The position numbers were made by a program, and so were the translations under genes. Shown one piece after another: positions 52,756-64,000 of a stretch of DNA of 64,000 nt. Each line of letters starts with the position of its first letter. Position 1 is the stretch's first letter. The notes below the pieces were generated by a model that searched no databases, was not told the origin of the DNA, and was given only the letters and a program-made list of their open reading frames with translations. Source of the stretch: Mobula hypostoma. Its lineage: Eukaryota. The stretch is taken from positions 38,070,001 through 38,134,000 of the forward strand of contig NC_086108.1 in assembly GCF_963921235.1 (NCBI RefSeq), given 5' to 3'.

Positions 52756-55700
52756 ATACCATGCTACTTGTCAAAATAAAACAAAGGGAGTATCTATTTT
52801 TATAAAATCTAACATTTTATTTATCCAAGAAGACGTCATCTCGGATATTAATGGTAGATTTTTAATTGTTAAAGGAACAATCTGTAATAGAAAAACTGTC
52901 CTGTTTAATCTGTATGGACCTACTGTAGATGATCCTTTTTTAAAAAGTGTTTTTGGTTTATTACCAGACTTAAATGAATATATGTTGCTGATGGTGGGGG
53001 TGACTTCAACAGTTGTTTAAATCCTTTGATTGACAAGTGCTCAACCAATCAGCAGCTTCCGAGTTGTTCAGCATCACTTATTAATTCCTTGTTAACTGAT
53101 TATGGTTTGATCGAAACCTGGAGAAATCTACATCCTAATGATAGAGATTATTCTTTTTATTCACATGTTCATAAAAAAATTCGAGAATTAATTATTTTAT
53201 AGCTGATTTCTGATTTTTGTCCAAAGTCCAGAAATGTGAATATGACGCTCTTGTTGTTTCGGATCATGCACCTTTAAGCTTAATTTTTGAATTGAATGAT
53301 GTTAGTAATGTAAACTTGCCTTGGCGTTTTCCAGAAAATTTATTACAAAGTTCGGACTTTGTCAAATTTATTGAGACCCAGATAAAAGATTTTTTTCTTT
53401 TTAATAATACGGGAGATGTGTCGAACTTGATTATATGGGATACATTTGAAGCATATTTGTGAGGTCAGATACTCTCCTATTTGGCTAAGCTTAAGGAACA
53501 GACAAAAATGGAGTTAGAGAGGATTTCAAAACAAATTAAAAACTTGGATAATACTTATGCAGTCTCTCCTAATATTGATTTATTTAAACAAAGGGTTGAA
53601 CTTCAATCACAATATGATTTACTATTAACTTATCCTATTGAAAGAAATTTGCTTAAATTAAAAAGTCAATTTTATGTGTTTGGAGATAAAAGTAATAAGC
53701 TATTAGCATCCCAACTAAAGGCAGCTAGAGCTAAAAGACAATTTTTTTTAAATGCATAAGGGGTATGATAGTTTAGCTTGTAATTATGAAGACATTAATA
53801 AAATTTTTCAAGACTTTTACAGTGAACTCTAGAAAACTCAGTTTCCAGCTGATCCTTCTAAAATGAATGTCTTTTTACAAAAGATTGATTTTCCTAGAAT
53901 ATCTGTTGAAGATCAACAAACTCTTGATACTCCTTTTACTGAAAAAGAAATTCAGAAAGCTATTCTTTCAATGCAATCTGGTAAAGCTCCTGGATTGGAT
54001 GGCTTTTCTGTAGGATTTTATAAAAAAATTGAAGAATTGCTTATTCCTTATATGTTGGAAATGCTTAAAGATTCTTTTTTGTTAGGAGAGTTACCTTCCA
54101 CATTTTATGAAGCTTCTATCTCTTTAATTCTTAAGAAAGATAAAGACTCTACTGATTGTCATTCATATAGACCTATTTCATTATTAAATGTGGATGCTAA
54201 AATTCTTTCAAAAATAATGGCTAATCGACTGGAGAATATTCTAGCTAAAACTCTCAGAACCAAATAGGTTTCAGAAAAGGCCGTTATTCCTTTTCTAATA
54301 CTCGGAGACTGTTAAATATTAATATACTCATCCCTTTCTAAGACTCCCCAATGTGTTGTTTCTCTTGTTGCTAAAAAGGCATTTGGTAGAGTTGAATGGA
54401 AATACTTATTTAACATTTAGAGGAATTCAACTTTGATACTAATTTTAATAAGTGGATTAGAATGATATATAAAAGCCCTATCGCCACTGTTATTACTAAT
54501 AATTGCAGATCCCCTTTTTCTCACCTTTTGCGGGGTACGAGACAAGGATGTCCGTTAAGTCCCATGTTATTTAATTTGGTGTTGGAATCTTTGGCTATTG
54601 CACTTCGTGAAGCTAAAGAAATTCAAGGAATTTCCATAAATGGGATTATTCATAAGATCTCCCTTTATGCTGATGATCTCTTAGTTTATGTTTCGAATCC
54701 TTAAGAATCCATTCCTAGTTTATTCAAATTATTAAATGAATTTGGAAAGTTTTTAGGATATAAATTAAACCTGCATAAAAGTTAATTATTTCCTCTAAAT
54801 GATTCTCCTTCAAGTCCTTGTCAAATGCAGCAGAAGAAAGCAGCAATTGGATTTGGATTAAAAGGAAAGACAACAACTGGGCTGCAAGATGAAGACAAGA
54901 GGGTATGGAACTGAGGGGGGTGTATCTGGGACGCCAGGTAGCACCGTTGAGCTCTCTGGAAACGTTGTGGGCTTATCAACGAAACGTCGAAGAAGGAGGG
55001 TGCCCACCAGATGACCCCAATGACATACCTACCCTCCCTCCTTGTCACCACTCCAAACCCACTGCAAACATCGAGAATGCCAACTTACCACAGGGATTGA
55101 AAAATCAAGTCCTAGTAGCTCTACTATATATGATGACATTCCTTTTAAAGTTACGGACTCTTTCAAATATTTAGGTATTATCATCACCAAAAATTATGGA
55201 GACCTTTATAGAGCTAATTTAGTTCCCTTAGTGGATTTTATGAAGCAATTATTTTCTAGATGGAATCCACTTACACTTTCGTTAGCCAGTTGAATTCATG
55301 CAGTTAAAATGATGATTTTACCAAAATTCTTATATGTATTTCAAAATATTCCTTTTTTTTAACTAAGAAGTTTTTTGATCAGGTTAATTCCATTATTTCA
55401 TCTTTTGTTTGAAATAATAAAAGACTAAGAATTGGAAAATATCATTTACAAAAATTTTAAAAAAGATGGAGGTCTGGCTTTACCTAATTTAATAATTTAT
55501 TATTGAGCGGTTAATATACATTATGTGTGTTCCTGGTTATATTGGACTGATAAAAATGAACCTTGGGTTGATTGGGAATTGAAAGCTGTGAAACAATTTT
55601 ACAATTTTACAATTTTACTGAACTTCGTTATTAGGAGCCTCTTTACCTGCACAACTGGCCAAAATTTCAATTCTAAATTTATAACCTATGATTAAGCAGT

Positions 55701-56999
55701 CATTACGAATTTGGTACCAGTTTCGTGATTTTTTAAAATCTTAACAAAATTTAACCTTCTTAGTTTAATTTATCAAAACTATTTATTTAAATCTTCCTTT
55801 TGTGATCCTACCTTTTCTGTTTGGAGGAATAAAGGAGTATATTCCTTCATGGATCGGTTTCAAGAATGCTGATTGATGTCCTTTGAGAAAGTAGTAACTA
55901 AATATTCTCTCTCGTACTCACACTTCTTGCAATATCTTCAGGTTAGACATTTCTTACAAGAATATTTAAGTATTTTCCATATATACAAGATTTGGACCTG
56001 TTAGACATTATTTTAAAAATGAATCCTTTAGTGAAAGGTTTTATTGGGAAAATTTATAAATTACTATTACAACTGGATAAATATCCTTTACTTAAGATTA
56101 AGCAAGATTGGGAAAGAGAGCTTAACATGACCTTGATAACAGAGAATTGGCTGCAAATTTTGAAGTTGGTTAACTCTTCTTCGATTTATGCCAGTCACTC
56201 TCTAATTCAATTTAAAATTGTACATCATTATTATTTGACAAAGGAGAGACTGTCTAAAATATTTCCTAATGTTGATAGTCAGTGTGATAGATGTAAAACT
56301 GAGACAGCTATGTTGACACATATGTTTTGGTCGTGTTCTGTATTGAAACAGTTTTGAAAATCTATTTTTTCTACAATTTCTAAAGCTTTAAAAATTAATT
56401 TACAACCTAATAAATTGACAGTTTGTTCACGGTATTTCTATATCAGACCAACATGTAATTGCATATGTCATATTATTGGTCAGAAGGGCTATTTTCCCAC
56501 TTTGATACAATGGTTCTCTCAGGTGATGTTATGTCTTAGTTTGGAGAAAATCAGAAATCAATCTTTTGATCCTCAATTTGACTTTGAGAAAAGGTGGAGC
56601 TCTTTTGCCTGCTACTATCATTTGATTTGAGTTAGTTAAGATGGTCCCCTTCTGATTCTTGGGTAAATGGATTTGGTTGGCGGATTGACGTCTTTCTTTT
56701 ATGGAAGCTTGTATGGTGTACAGCTCCAGGTTTGTGCTCCCAATGGATTTTTTTATTCGTTTTTTTTGTCAGTAGGGGTTTTTTTTTGTTTGTTTTAGTT
56801 AGTAGGGGTTCTTTTTTCCTTTTTTTCTTTTTTCCAAAAAAAAGCTTTTAACATTTTGTTTTTTTCTTATTATTATTGATATATTGTTTTGCTTGGTTGA
56901 TAGTTTAACTCTTATTCTACATATTGATATGTTGACTTGATTACTTTAATGTTTTTTGTTGATTTTCAATAATAATTAATAAAAAAAAGATTTAAAAAT
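52756..56999 (+). mobile_element. L1-clade LINE, 5'-truncated in the endonuclease, degraded
   Basis: VSDHAPL, SMQSGKAPGLDG, SYRPISLLNVDAKIL, RGTRQGCPLSP, SLYADDLL, CDRC...HMFWSC; T-rich 3' UTR and A-rich tail; approximate 16-bp TSD gaaa(g/a)tggac(a/g)ttctt. Confidence 0.92.
54810..55115 (+). mobile_element. 3' fragment of a second HERO-type element inserted in the L1
   Basis: LSNAAEESSNWIWIKRKD resembles the C-terminus at about 50040-50100; the GC-richer 3' UTR interrupts AT-rich L1 RT sequence. Confidence 0.6.
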
Positions 57000-57181
57000 G
57001 AAAATGGACGTTCTTGCTGCATTTAAGAACTATCTAGATAAGCATGTGAAACAAAGTCACAGAGGGCTCCTGATCAAGTATATGGGCATTGTTGGCTGAT
57101 CTATGACTGTAATTATGTAACAATTTCAAGAATTCAATTCAAAAGATTTAGCCTTTTGGGAAATCCTCATAAATTCCAAAG

Positions 57182-57261
57182 CAGGGGTTCCCAACCTGGA
57201 GTCCACAAACCTCTTCAATAATGGTAGGGGTTGATGGCATTTAAAAGGTTGGCAACACCTG
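57182..57261. mobile_element. hAT-type MITE, same family as 38209-38289
   Basis: CAGGGGTTCCCAAC ... GTTGGCAACACCTG; degenerate 8-bp TSD ttccaaag/ttctaaat. Confidence 0.8.
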
Positions 57262-57441
57262 TTCTAAATTAATAAGAGGTCTGGGAACTTACTGTACTTA
57301 TTCACTCCATGCCATCCACCTTAATTGTGACATTTCTGCTGAGGAAAACTTTGATTCATGCTCCTATTCTATTAAGCATATTTTACATTAATTGATGCAT
57401 ATAAAATGTAAATAATACTTACAAAACAACTGAGAACTTAC

Positions 57442-57486
57442 CGGTCAATCTTGCTGAGAGTGTGGTTTTGACTGGAGCAGCCCCAG
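57442..57486 (-). CDS. KCNT2: 45-bp phase-2/phase-2 coding exon, S1-S2 extracellular loop (KCNT1-like, probably a cassette exon)
   Basis: ttttgtgttttgttttataaag|C TGG GGC TGC TCC AGT CAA AAC CAC ACT CTC AGC AAG ATT GAC CG|gtaagt gives (C)WGCSSQNHTLSKID(R). Resembles KCNT1 CWGCPKQNYS...EINW and is in frame with both neighbouring exons. Confidence 0.85.
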
Positions 57487-58269
57487 CTTTATAAAACAAA
57501 ACACAAAATTAACATTTCAGATCAATCAGGTGGATTTAATGTTTGTCTGTATATCACCATTATTCACTAAATAGTATGTTTTGCACATCTAGTTTTAGTA
57601 ATAAATTATAATTGTAAATTGCAACATTTATTAATGTTCACATAACCAACTGATAAAAATTGCAATATATATTCTTCTGAAAATTTTCAAGTAGTCCAAA
57701 ATATACATTCCTTATCAGCAGTACATTGACACTGATTTCATCTAAGGCGGGATTAGAATTGCTCCAATGTAAAGCCAGTGTTGATGGGATCTCCTTTTGG
57801 GAGAAATGGTTGTGCATGTTCCTACTTATGAATGCAATATCTGATCTTTTACTAACCAAGCGTGTCATCTAATTTTCTATTGCAGCTGCTACTCCTGGCA
57901 TCAAGTCCAGCTATAGCTGCTGACGAGGAAATGTCTGCATATTTTCATGGTTTTTTAACCTTAGCACAAAGCTCTCCCTTGCCTTACATTATCAAGTTTC
58001 CAGACCCATGAGGACCACTAGATCAACCATCAACCACATAATTTTTAATTCCTTCATTTGTATCACTCCTACATAAATGTTAATAGTAAAGCCTGGGGGA
58101 AATTTTAATCTTTCTCAGTCAACAGAAAGGGAAGATGAATGGTGATAGTTTTTGCCTTTCCAACCAATGACGTGACCTACAGTACAATCTCAAAACCTAA
58201 TACTAGATGATTCGAACACATTCCACAATCAAGTCAGTTCATTTCAGAATATACCTTAACATACACTCA

Positions 58270-58650
58270 AGGGGACTCAGAAACTGCAAATGCGACAATA
58301 TGGGAAAAAGAAGCAACAGCCTACTGGGGGAATTGAACAGATCAAGCAGTATCATTTTTTGGGGGGAGGGGGGTAAGGATAAGGAACTGTCAACATTTCG
58401 GGTCAAAACCTGCATCAGCCCTAAGGGAGGTGAAGAAAGATAGATGGTATAAAGAGGATGGGGGAGTGATGAAGTGGACCCAAGTTACCGAAGGATGGTA
58501 AGCAGATCGATCCAGGTAAGGGAGTTGAAAGAGAGGAGGTGGAGGGAGGGGGTGGTGTTGGTGGTGATAGATGGAGGCAAACAAAACCGAGGCAGTTGAG
58601 AGGAGGGAAGGGTGAAAGTGGACAGAGCTGTGAAGGAGGGCGGTAAGCAG
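58270..58650 (-). mobile_element. Old Penelope-like pseudo-LTR fragment
   Basis: Similar to 30402-30520, with a purine-rich tract and degenerate hammerhead-like core. Confidence 0.5.
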
Positions 58651-58739
58651 GACTGTGTATGCCTAGTATTACATGGAACACAGAGCAGAAAAGTTGAACT
58701 GATGGTTCTGTTTACATAATGGACCATGGTTTACTTGTA

Positions 58740-59435
58740 GGTGGATGCCTAAACAGGCAAGCATGCAGGATCCTGGCCTTTATTACCAGGGCACATAAAA
58801 TGAGAGCATGGAAGACATAGTACAACTTTATGAAACCTTAGTTAGGCCCAACTAGTCTTTTGTATGCACTTATGGCCACTACACTACAGGAAGAACATGA
58901 ATGCACTGTGGTAGGTTCAGAAGAGATTTATAAGATGTTGCCCGGAATGGGCAGTTTCAGGGAAAGAGGAGTGACCGGTTAAACTGGGTTTATGGTCCGT
59001 GGAGTAGGAGAGGCTGAGGAGGGATCCAACAAAATAATGTGGGCCATAGATAGGGTGGATAGTAAGGTATGTTTCTATTTTCCAGATGTCTAAACCAGAC
59101 AGCATAAGTTTAAGTGATGAATAAAAGGATTAGAGGTAATTGGAGGAAGTTATTTTTCATCCAGAGGGTGGCTACAAACCGGACTGCACTGTCTTATACA
59201 GTGGTGGAGACAGCTACCCTTACAACACTTAAGAAGTATCTGGATGAGCGTCTGAATTACTGAGGCACTGAATGCCACAGAATGTGCATAGATCAGGGGT
59301 TTCCAACCCTTTTTATGCCACGTACCCCTCCTATTAACTGAGAGGTCCATGGACCGCTGGTATAGATAGCCAGTATAGATATGATGGCCTAAAGGACCAG
59401 CTTATGTGCTGTCCATTTCTAAGGCTCCATGACTT
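58740..59435 (+). mobile_element. Old CR1 3' fragment containing a MITE
   Basis: Residual CR1 RT C-terminal and 3' UTR similarity. Confidence 0.65.
59294..59359. mobile_element. hAT-type MITE, internally deleted, opposite orientation
   Basis: CAGGGGTTTCCAACC start; 8-bp TSD gcatagat/gtatagat. Confidence 0.75.
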
Positions 59436-59778
59436 TAGATACTACAATTAAAAACAATTTTTAAAAAATCACAAGAAATTCCATCTGTCATTTTTAAGTC
59501 ATAATTTTATGGTTGATCAATAGTTATTGCCAAGTTTGAGAAAAGCCAAGTGATTAGATTTACGGTAATAAATTTGATTAATTTGAGTGACATTTGGTTG
59601 AAATCATTAAAACTAGATACATGATATTTATGGTGATCTAGTGAAAAATGTATTGAGCAATATGTTCTCAAATTACAGAATTATGCCCATTATTCCTTAC
59701 TTTGTAACATACAATATTAATTGTTACTGTAAATTATATTGAATATAACACAGTGGTGAAAAGATTCTAATATTAATA

Positions 59779-60382
59779 GGCGGGAGGAGAGAGAGTAGCG
59801 CGCCTGCGCGTGCGCAGCCCTCCAGTGAAAAATGGTATCGTATCTGTTAGATGGGGGCCGTGGACAATTCTGATTTGATGGAGAATGGACGGGAAAGCAT
59901 AGAGGAACATCTGGAGAAATTTCTGAAACACTCGTTCGCTGCTGTCATTACTGCGTGGTCGGGAATCTTTCAGAGGGTAGGCCTCAAAATCCCCGGCTTT
60001 GCCTGCTATTGGCGACCGAGGTTGAGGTCGAATCATTCGGACAGAGATGGCGCTCAGTACTCGGTGTCAGAGAGCTGATCAGAGCTCGAAGTTTTCAGTT
60101 GACTCAGAGTCGGACTATGGTCGGCATGGCAGGGAGAATTTTTCTTCCTTCTCCCGTCTGCGTGAGATGTGGGACATTTGAGAGACTTTGAACTTTTACT
60201 GTGCTCATGGACTTCTTCATCAAGTTATGGTATTGTTGCACTGTTGTAACTATACGTTATAATTTCAGTCTTGGTCTGTCCTGTGTTTTGTGATATCACA
60301 CTGGAGGAAATATTGTATCATTTTCTTAATGCATGCATTACTAAATGACAATAAAAGAGGACTACGTGTCTTCATAATCATC
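59779..60382 (+). mobile_element. Non-coding retroposed (SINE-like) repeat, copy 3, with the most complete 5' end
   Basis: GC-rich head gcgcgcctgcgcgtgcgca; shared 3' end; TSD ATTAATA (59772-59778, 60383-60389). Confidence 0.78.
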
Positions 60383-60876
60383 ATTAATATTTTCTTTTTT
60401 TTCAAAAGATCTATTCAACACCATCTAAAGCCCTCTAGTGCAATGTACAAAGTGAATTTTGGATGTAAAATTTGGATGTTTCGGAAAATACATATTTTAA
60501 ATGAAATTAGCAGAGGCACACAGAAGTCCTGATTGCATTTTTAAAGCACCCTCAAGGTACACAAAACTGAAGTGGCCAAAGGCAGTGCAACTTACATAAT
60601 CAGCATCCCACATGGTTCCACATGAGAATATTGTACAATTAGCCTTCACTTGTCCAAAATCTGGTATGCAATTCACACGTTTCAGCAAATAATTCAAAAA
60701 TTTAGTGGTCACATGATTTTGATGGAGCAGCATTAAATGAATAGTGACACAAAGAAGAACTTCACTTTTCCTGGGGAATGCTTTATAATTATGGTGCTTT
60801 ATTTTGATAAGTTTTTAAAATGTACTGTAATAAGATATCAATAAGAGTTAGAATAAAACTTTGAGTTTGTACGTAC

Positions 60877-60976
60877 CATCCATTTCTTTCTCTAGGATCA
60901 TCGAGCAGCACACGAACAATATACAAAAAGCAGCTTAGTAGCTTTAGAGAAAAGTAGAACAGGCGTATTCTCAGAC
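60877..60976 (-). CDS. KCNT2: Internal coding exon (100 bp) of Na+-activated K+ channel KCNT2/Slo2.1, covering the S1 helix
   Basis: Minus strand reads ttatttcag|GT CTG AGA ... AAT GGA TG|gtacgt. Translation (S)[32 protein letters not shown] matches KCNT1/2 SLRIRLFNFSLKLL[S/T]CLLYI[I/V]RVLL. Canonical splice sites. Confidence 0.93.
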
Positions 60977-61385
60977 CTGAAATAATTCAAATTGAAGTTT
61001 CATTTAGATAGTCAGAATATTTGTATATATTTATTGTATTATATTGTTCCAAATAACAGAATGCAGATACAAAGGAAATGCATGTCACTATACAGTTACG
61101 TTTTGTAATAAATAAATCACTGAAAATAATGGTAATTTCAGTGGCACTTATCTTCAGTGTGGATTGGCGTGGGTGCAGACACACCCAGACCTGGCAAATG
61201 AGACAAGGTCACTTGATTCCAAATAATTGATTTATTGATCATTACAGAATGTCCCTCTGGTGCTTCCTGCTCTCTCCCCTCTGCCTTCCCGTTTTCCCAA
61301 CCATGATTTTCCTCTCCCAGACTCCTTCCCAGTCTCCGCCCACAATAGAAATCCATAGCAGAATCAGGTGTACTATCACTCACAT

Positions 61386-62224
61386 AGAGTGTCTATAAAA
61401 ACTATTCACGCTCCTTAGAAGTTTTCATGTTTTATTGTTTTACAACATTGAATCACAGTGGATTTAATTGGGCTCTTTTGACACGGATCTACAGAAAAGA
61501 CTCCTTTGTGTCAAAATGAAAGCAAATTTCCACAAATTGGTTTTAATTTATTACAGTTATTCAACGCAAAATAATTGATTGCATAATTACTCACCCCCTT
61601 AAAGTCAGTATTTAGTCCATGCACCTTTGGCAGCAATTACCGCCTTGGGTCTGTGTTGATAGGTCTCTATCAGCTTTTCACATCTGGACATTGCAAATTT
61701 TCCCCATTCTTCTTTACAGAACTGCTCAAGCTCAGTCAGATTGTATGGGGATCATGAGCAAACAGCCCTTTTCAAGTCCAGCCTCAAACTCTCAATTGGA
61801 TTGAGGTCTGGACTCTGACTTGGCCACCTCAGGGCATTAACTTTGTTGTTTTAAAACATTACTGAGTAACCTTGTCTTTATGCTTGAGGTCATTGTCTTT
61901 CTGGAAAACAAATCTTCTCCCAAGTTGCAGTTCTCTTGTAGACTGCATCCGGTTTTCCTCCATGTTTTCCCTGTATTTTGTTGCATTCATTTTACTCTCT
62001 ACCTTCACAAGCCTTCCAGGGCCTGCTACAGTGAAGCATCCCCAGAGCATGATGCAGCTACTACCATGCTTCACAGAAGGAATGGTGTGTTTTGAATGGT
62101 GTGTTTTTGATGATATGCAGTGTTTGGCTTACGCCTAACATAATATTTAGTATGATGGCCAAAAAGCTCAATTTTGGTTTTATCAGAGTCTCCCGCATGA
62201 CTTCTAGCAAACTGTAGCCAAGAT
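61386..62224 (-). mobile_element. Tc1 transposon 3' portion, interrupted by L1
   Basis: KHGSSCIMLWGCF...FVFQKDNDLKH; TIR-like gtgtctataaaaactattcac with an inner repeat near 61585. Confidence 0.8.
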
Positions 62225-64000
62225 TTCTTTCTTTTTCAATCTTTTTATTAGCTTCATAAAAATAAACATAACACGATAATGTACAAAGTTATTCGGAATA
62301 CATTGTTATAATTAGCATAAGTGATTATAAAGCCAGTTGACACTTAAATGATAAAACTCCCAATCATATAGGATACAAATGAACAATATATAAAAAAGAA
62401 AAATATCTAAAAAAATTCATGAAAAAGGAAAAAAAAAATTATAACCCCCCAATAAAAAACTAATCTGAACAGAATTAATCAACTAAACTAAAAAAAGACA
62501 TGGGCTGTTTGTAACATCGTAAAAAAAGAGAAAGGAGAAAACCTCAGTGTCGACGACTCCGTTCCTCTCAACCAATATTACAAAGAAATAAAATAAGTTT
62601 AGAAAAGGTCAAATTACGTCATATGAAAATGTTGAATAAATGGCCTCCAAGTCTTTTTGAACTTAATAGAGGGATCATAAACAACACATCTAATTTTTTC
62701 CAAATTTAAACACAACATAGTTTGAGAAAATCAATGAAATGTGGTAGGAGGATTAATCTCTTTCCAATTCAGCAAAGTAGATCTTCTAGCCATTAAAGTA
62801 AGAAATGCAATCATCCGACGAGCTGAAGAGGTCAGATGATTTGATTCTATCATTGGTAATCCAAAAATAGCAGTAGTTGGGTGAGGTTGTAAGTCTATAT
62901 TCAAAACCATTGAAATAATATCAAAAATATCTTTCCAATATTTTTCTAACAAAGGACACGACCAAAACACGTGATCTAAAGAAGCTCTCTCAGAATGACA
63001 TCTATCACATATTGGATTAATATAAGAATAATAACGAGATAATTTATCTTTGGACATATGAGCCCTGTGCACTACTTTAAACTGTATCAACACATGTTTA
63101 GCACATATAGAGGATGAGTTAACTAATTGAAGAATTTTTTCCCATTTTTCAATCGGTACCATAATCTTAAGTTCTCTTTCCCAATCAGTTTTAATTTTAT
63201 TACATACATCAGGACATAAATTCATAATTATGTTATAAATAATTGCTACAACACCTTTCTGAAAAAGATTTAAATCTAAATTTTTTTCCAAAATATCCAT
63301 TGGATATAGATGTGGAAAATTAGGAGAAACAGTAATTAAAAAGTTTCTAACCTGTAGTTATCTAAAAAAGTGAGATCTCGGCAAATTATATTTACTAGAT
63401 AATTCTTCAAAGGACATAAAACAATTATCCAAAAATAAATCATGAAATTGTACTATACCTTTGATTTTCCAATCTAAATAAGCTTGATCCATAGTGGAAG
63501 ATTGAAAAAAGAAATTAGATATAATAGGACGTGCTAAAATAAATTGGTTCAACCCAAAAAATTTTTGAAATTGAAACCATATACATAAAGTATGTTTAAC
63601 TATTGGGTTATTCATTTGTTTATATAATTTAGAAAGAATAAAAGGAAGCAAAGTCCCTAAAATAGAACCCAATGAAAACCCTTGTAAAGAATTACATTCA
63701 AGATTTACCCAATGTGGACTTGAAATTACATCTAAGTCCTGTCACCAAAATTTTAAGTATCGAATGTTAATTGCCCAATAGTAAAATCTAAATTTCGGGA
63801 GCGCTAACCCCTCCCCCACCTCTTTTTTAGATTTCTGTAAATGCCTTTTATCTAACCTAGGGTTTTTGTTCTGCCATATATATGAGGAAATTTTTGAATC
63901 AACATTATCGAAAGAAGATTTTGGAATAAAAATTGGTACCATTTGAAATATATATGAAAATTTAGGCAAAATAATCATCTTGATAGCATTGATCCGACCG
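62225..64000 (-). mobile_element. L1-clade LINE 3' portion, runs off the window
   Basis: MIILPKFSYIFQMVPI, GLALPKFRFYYWA, IQFKVVHRAH, CDRCHSERASLDHVFWSC; tail near 62225-62250. Confidence 0.9.

Overview
Eukaryotic, vertebrate DNA, most likely from a cartilaginous fish such as a ray (an inference from the repeat landscape). There are no prokaryotic features, RNA genes or CRISPR arrays. The whole window lies inside a minus-strand Na+-activated K+ channel gene (KCNT/Slo2 family, best match KCNT2). Four short coding exons missed by the ORF track (60877-60976, 57442-57486, 50500-50548, 25241-25300) splice in frame across the S1-S2 region. The 45-bp exon is KCNT1-like, is absent from mammalian KCNT2 as I recall it, and can be skipped in frame. 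Most intronic DNA is transposon-derived: CR1, RTE, Rex1/Babar, L1, HERO-type, Penelope-like elements with hammerhead-like cores, three Gypsy elements, Tc1, hAT and MITEs. Highlights are a four-layer nested insertion (3-20 kb) whose innermost member is a SCAN-Gag Gmr1-type LTR element with an uninterrupted 946-aa ORF but a collapsed pol, a fold-back Tc1 with about 740-bp inverted arms, and a 169-bp hairpin insertion with a 15-bp target duplication. Boundaries of degenerate repeats are approximate. All homology calls are from memory of the families, not from database searches.
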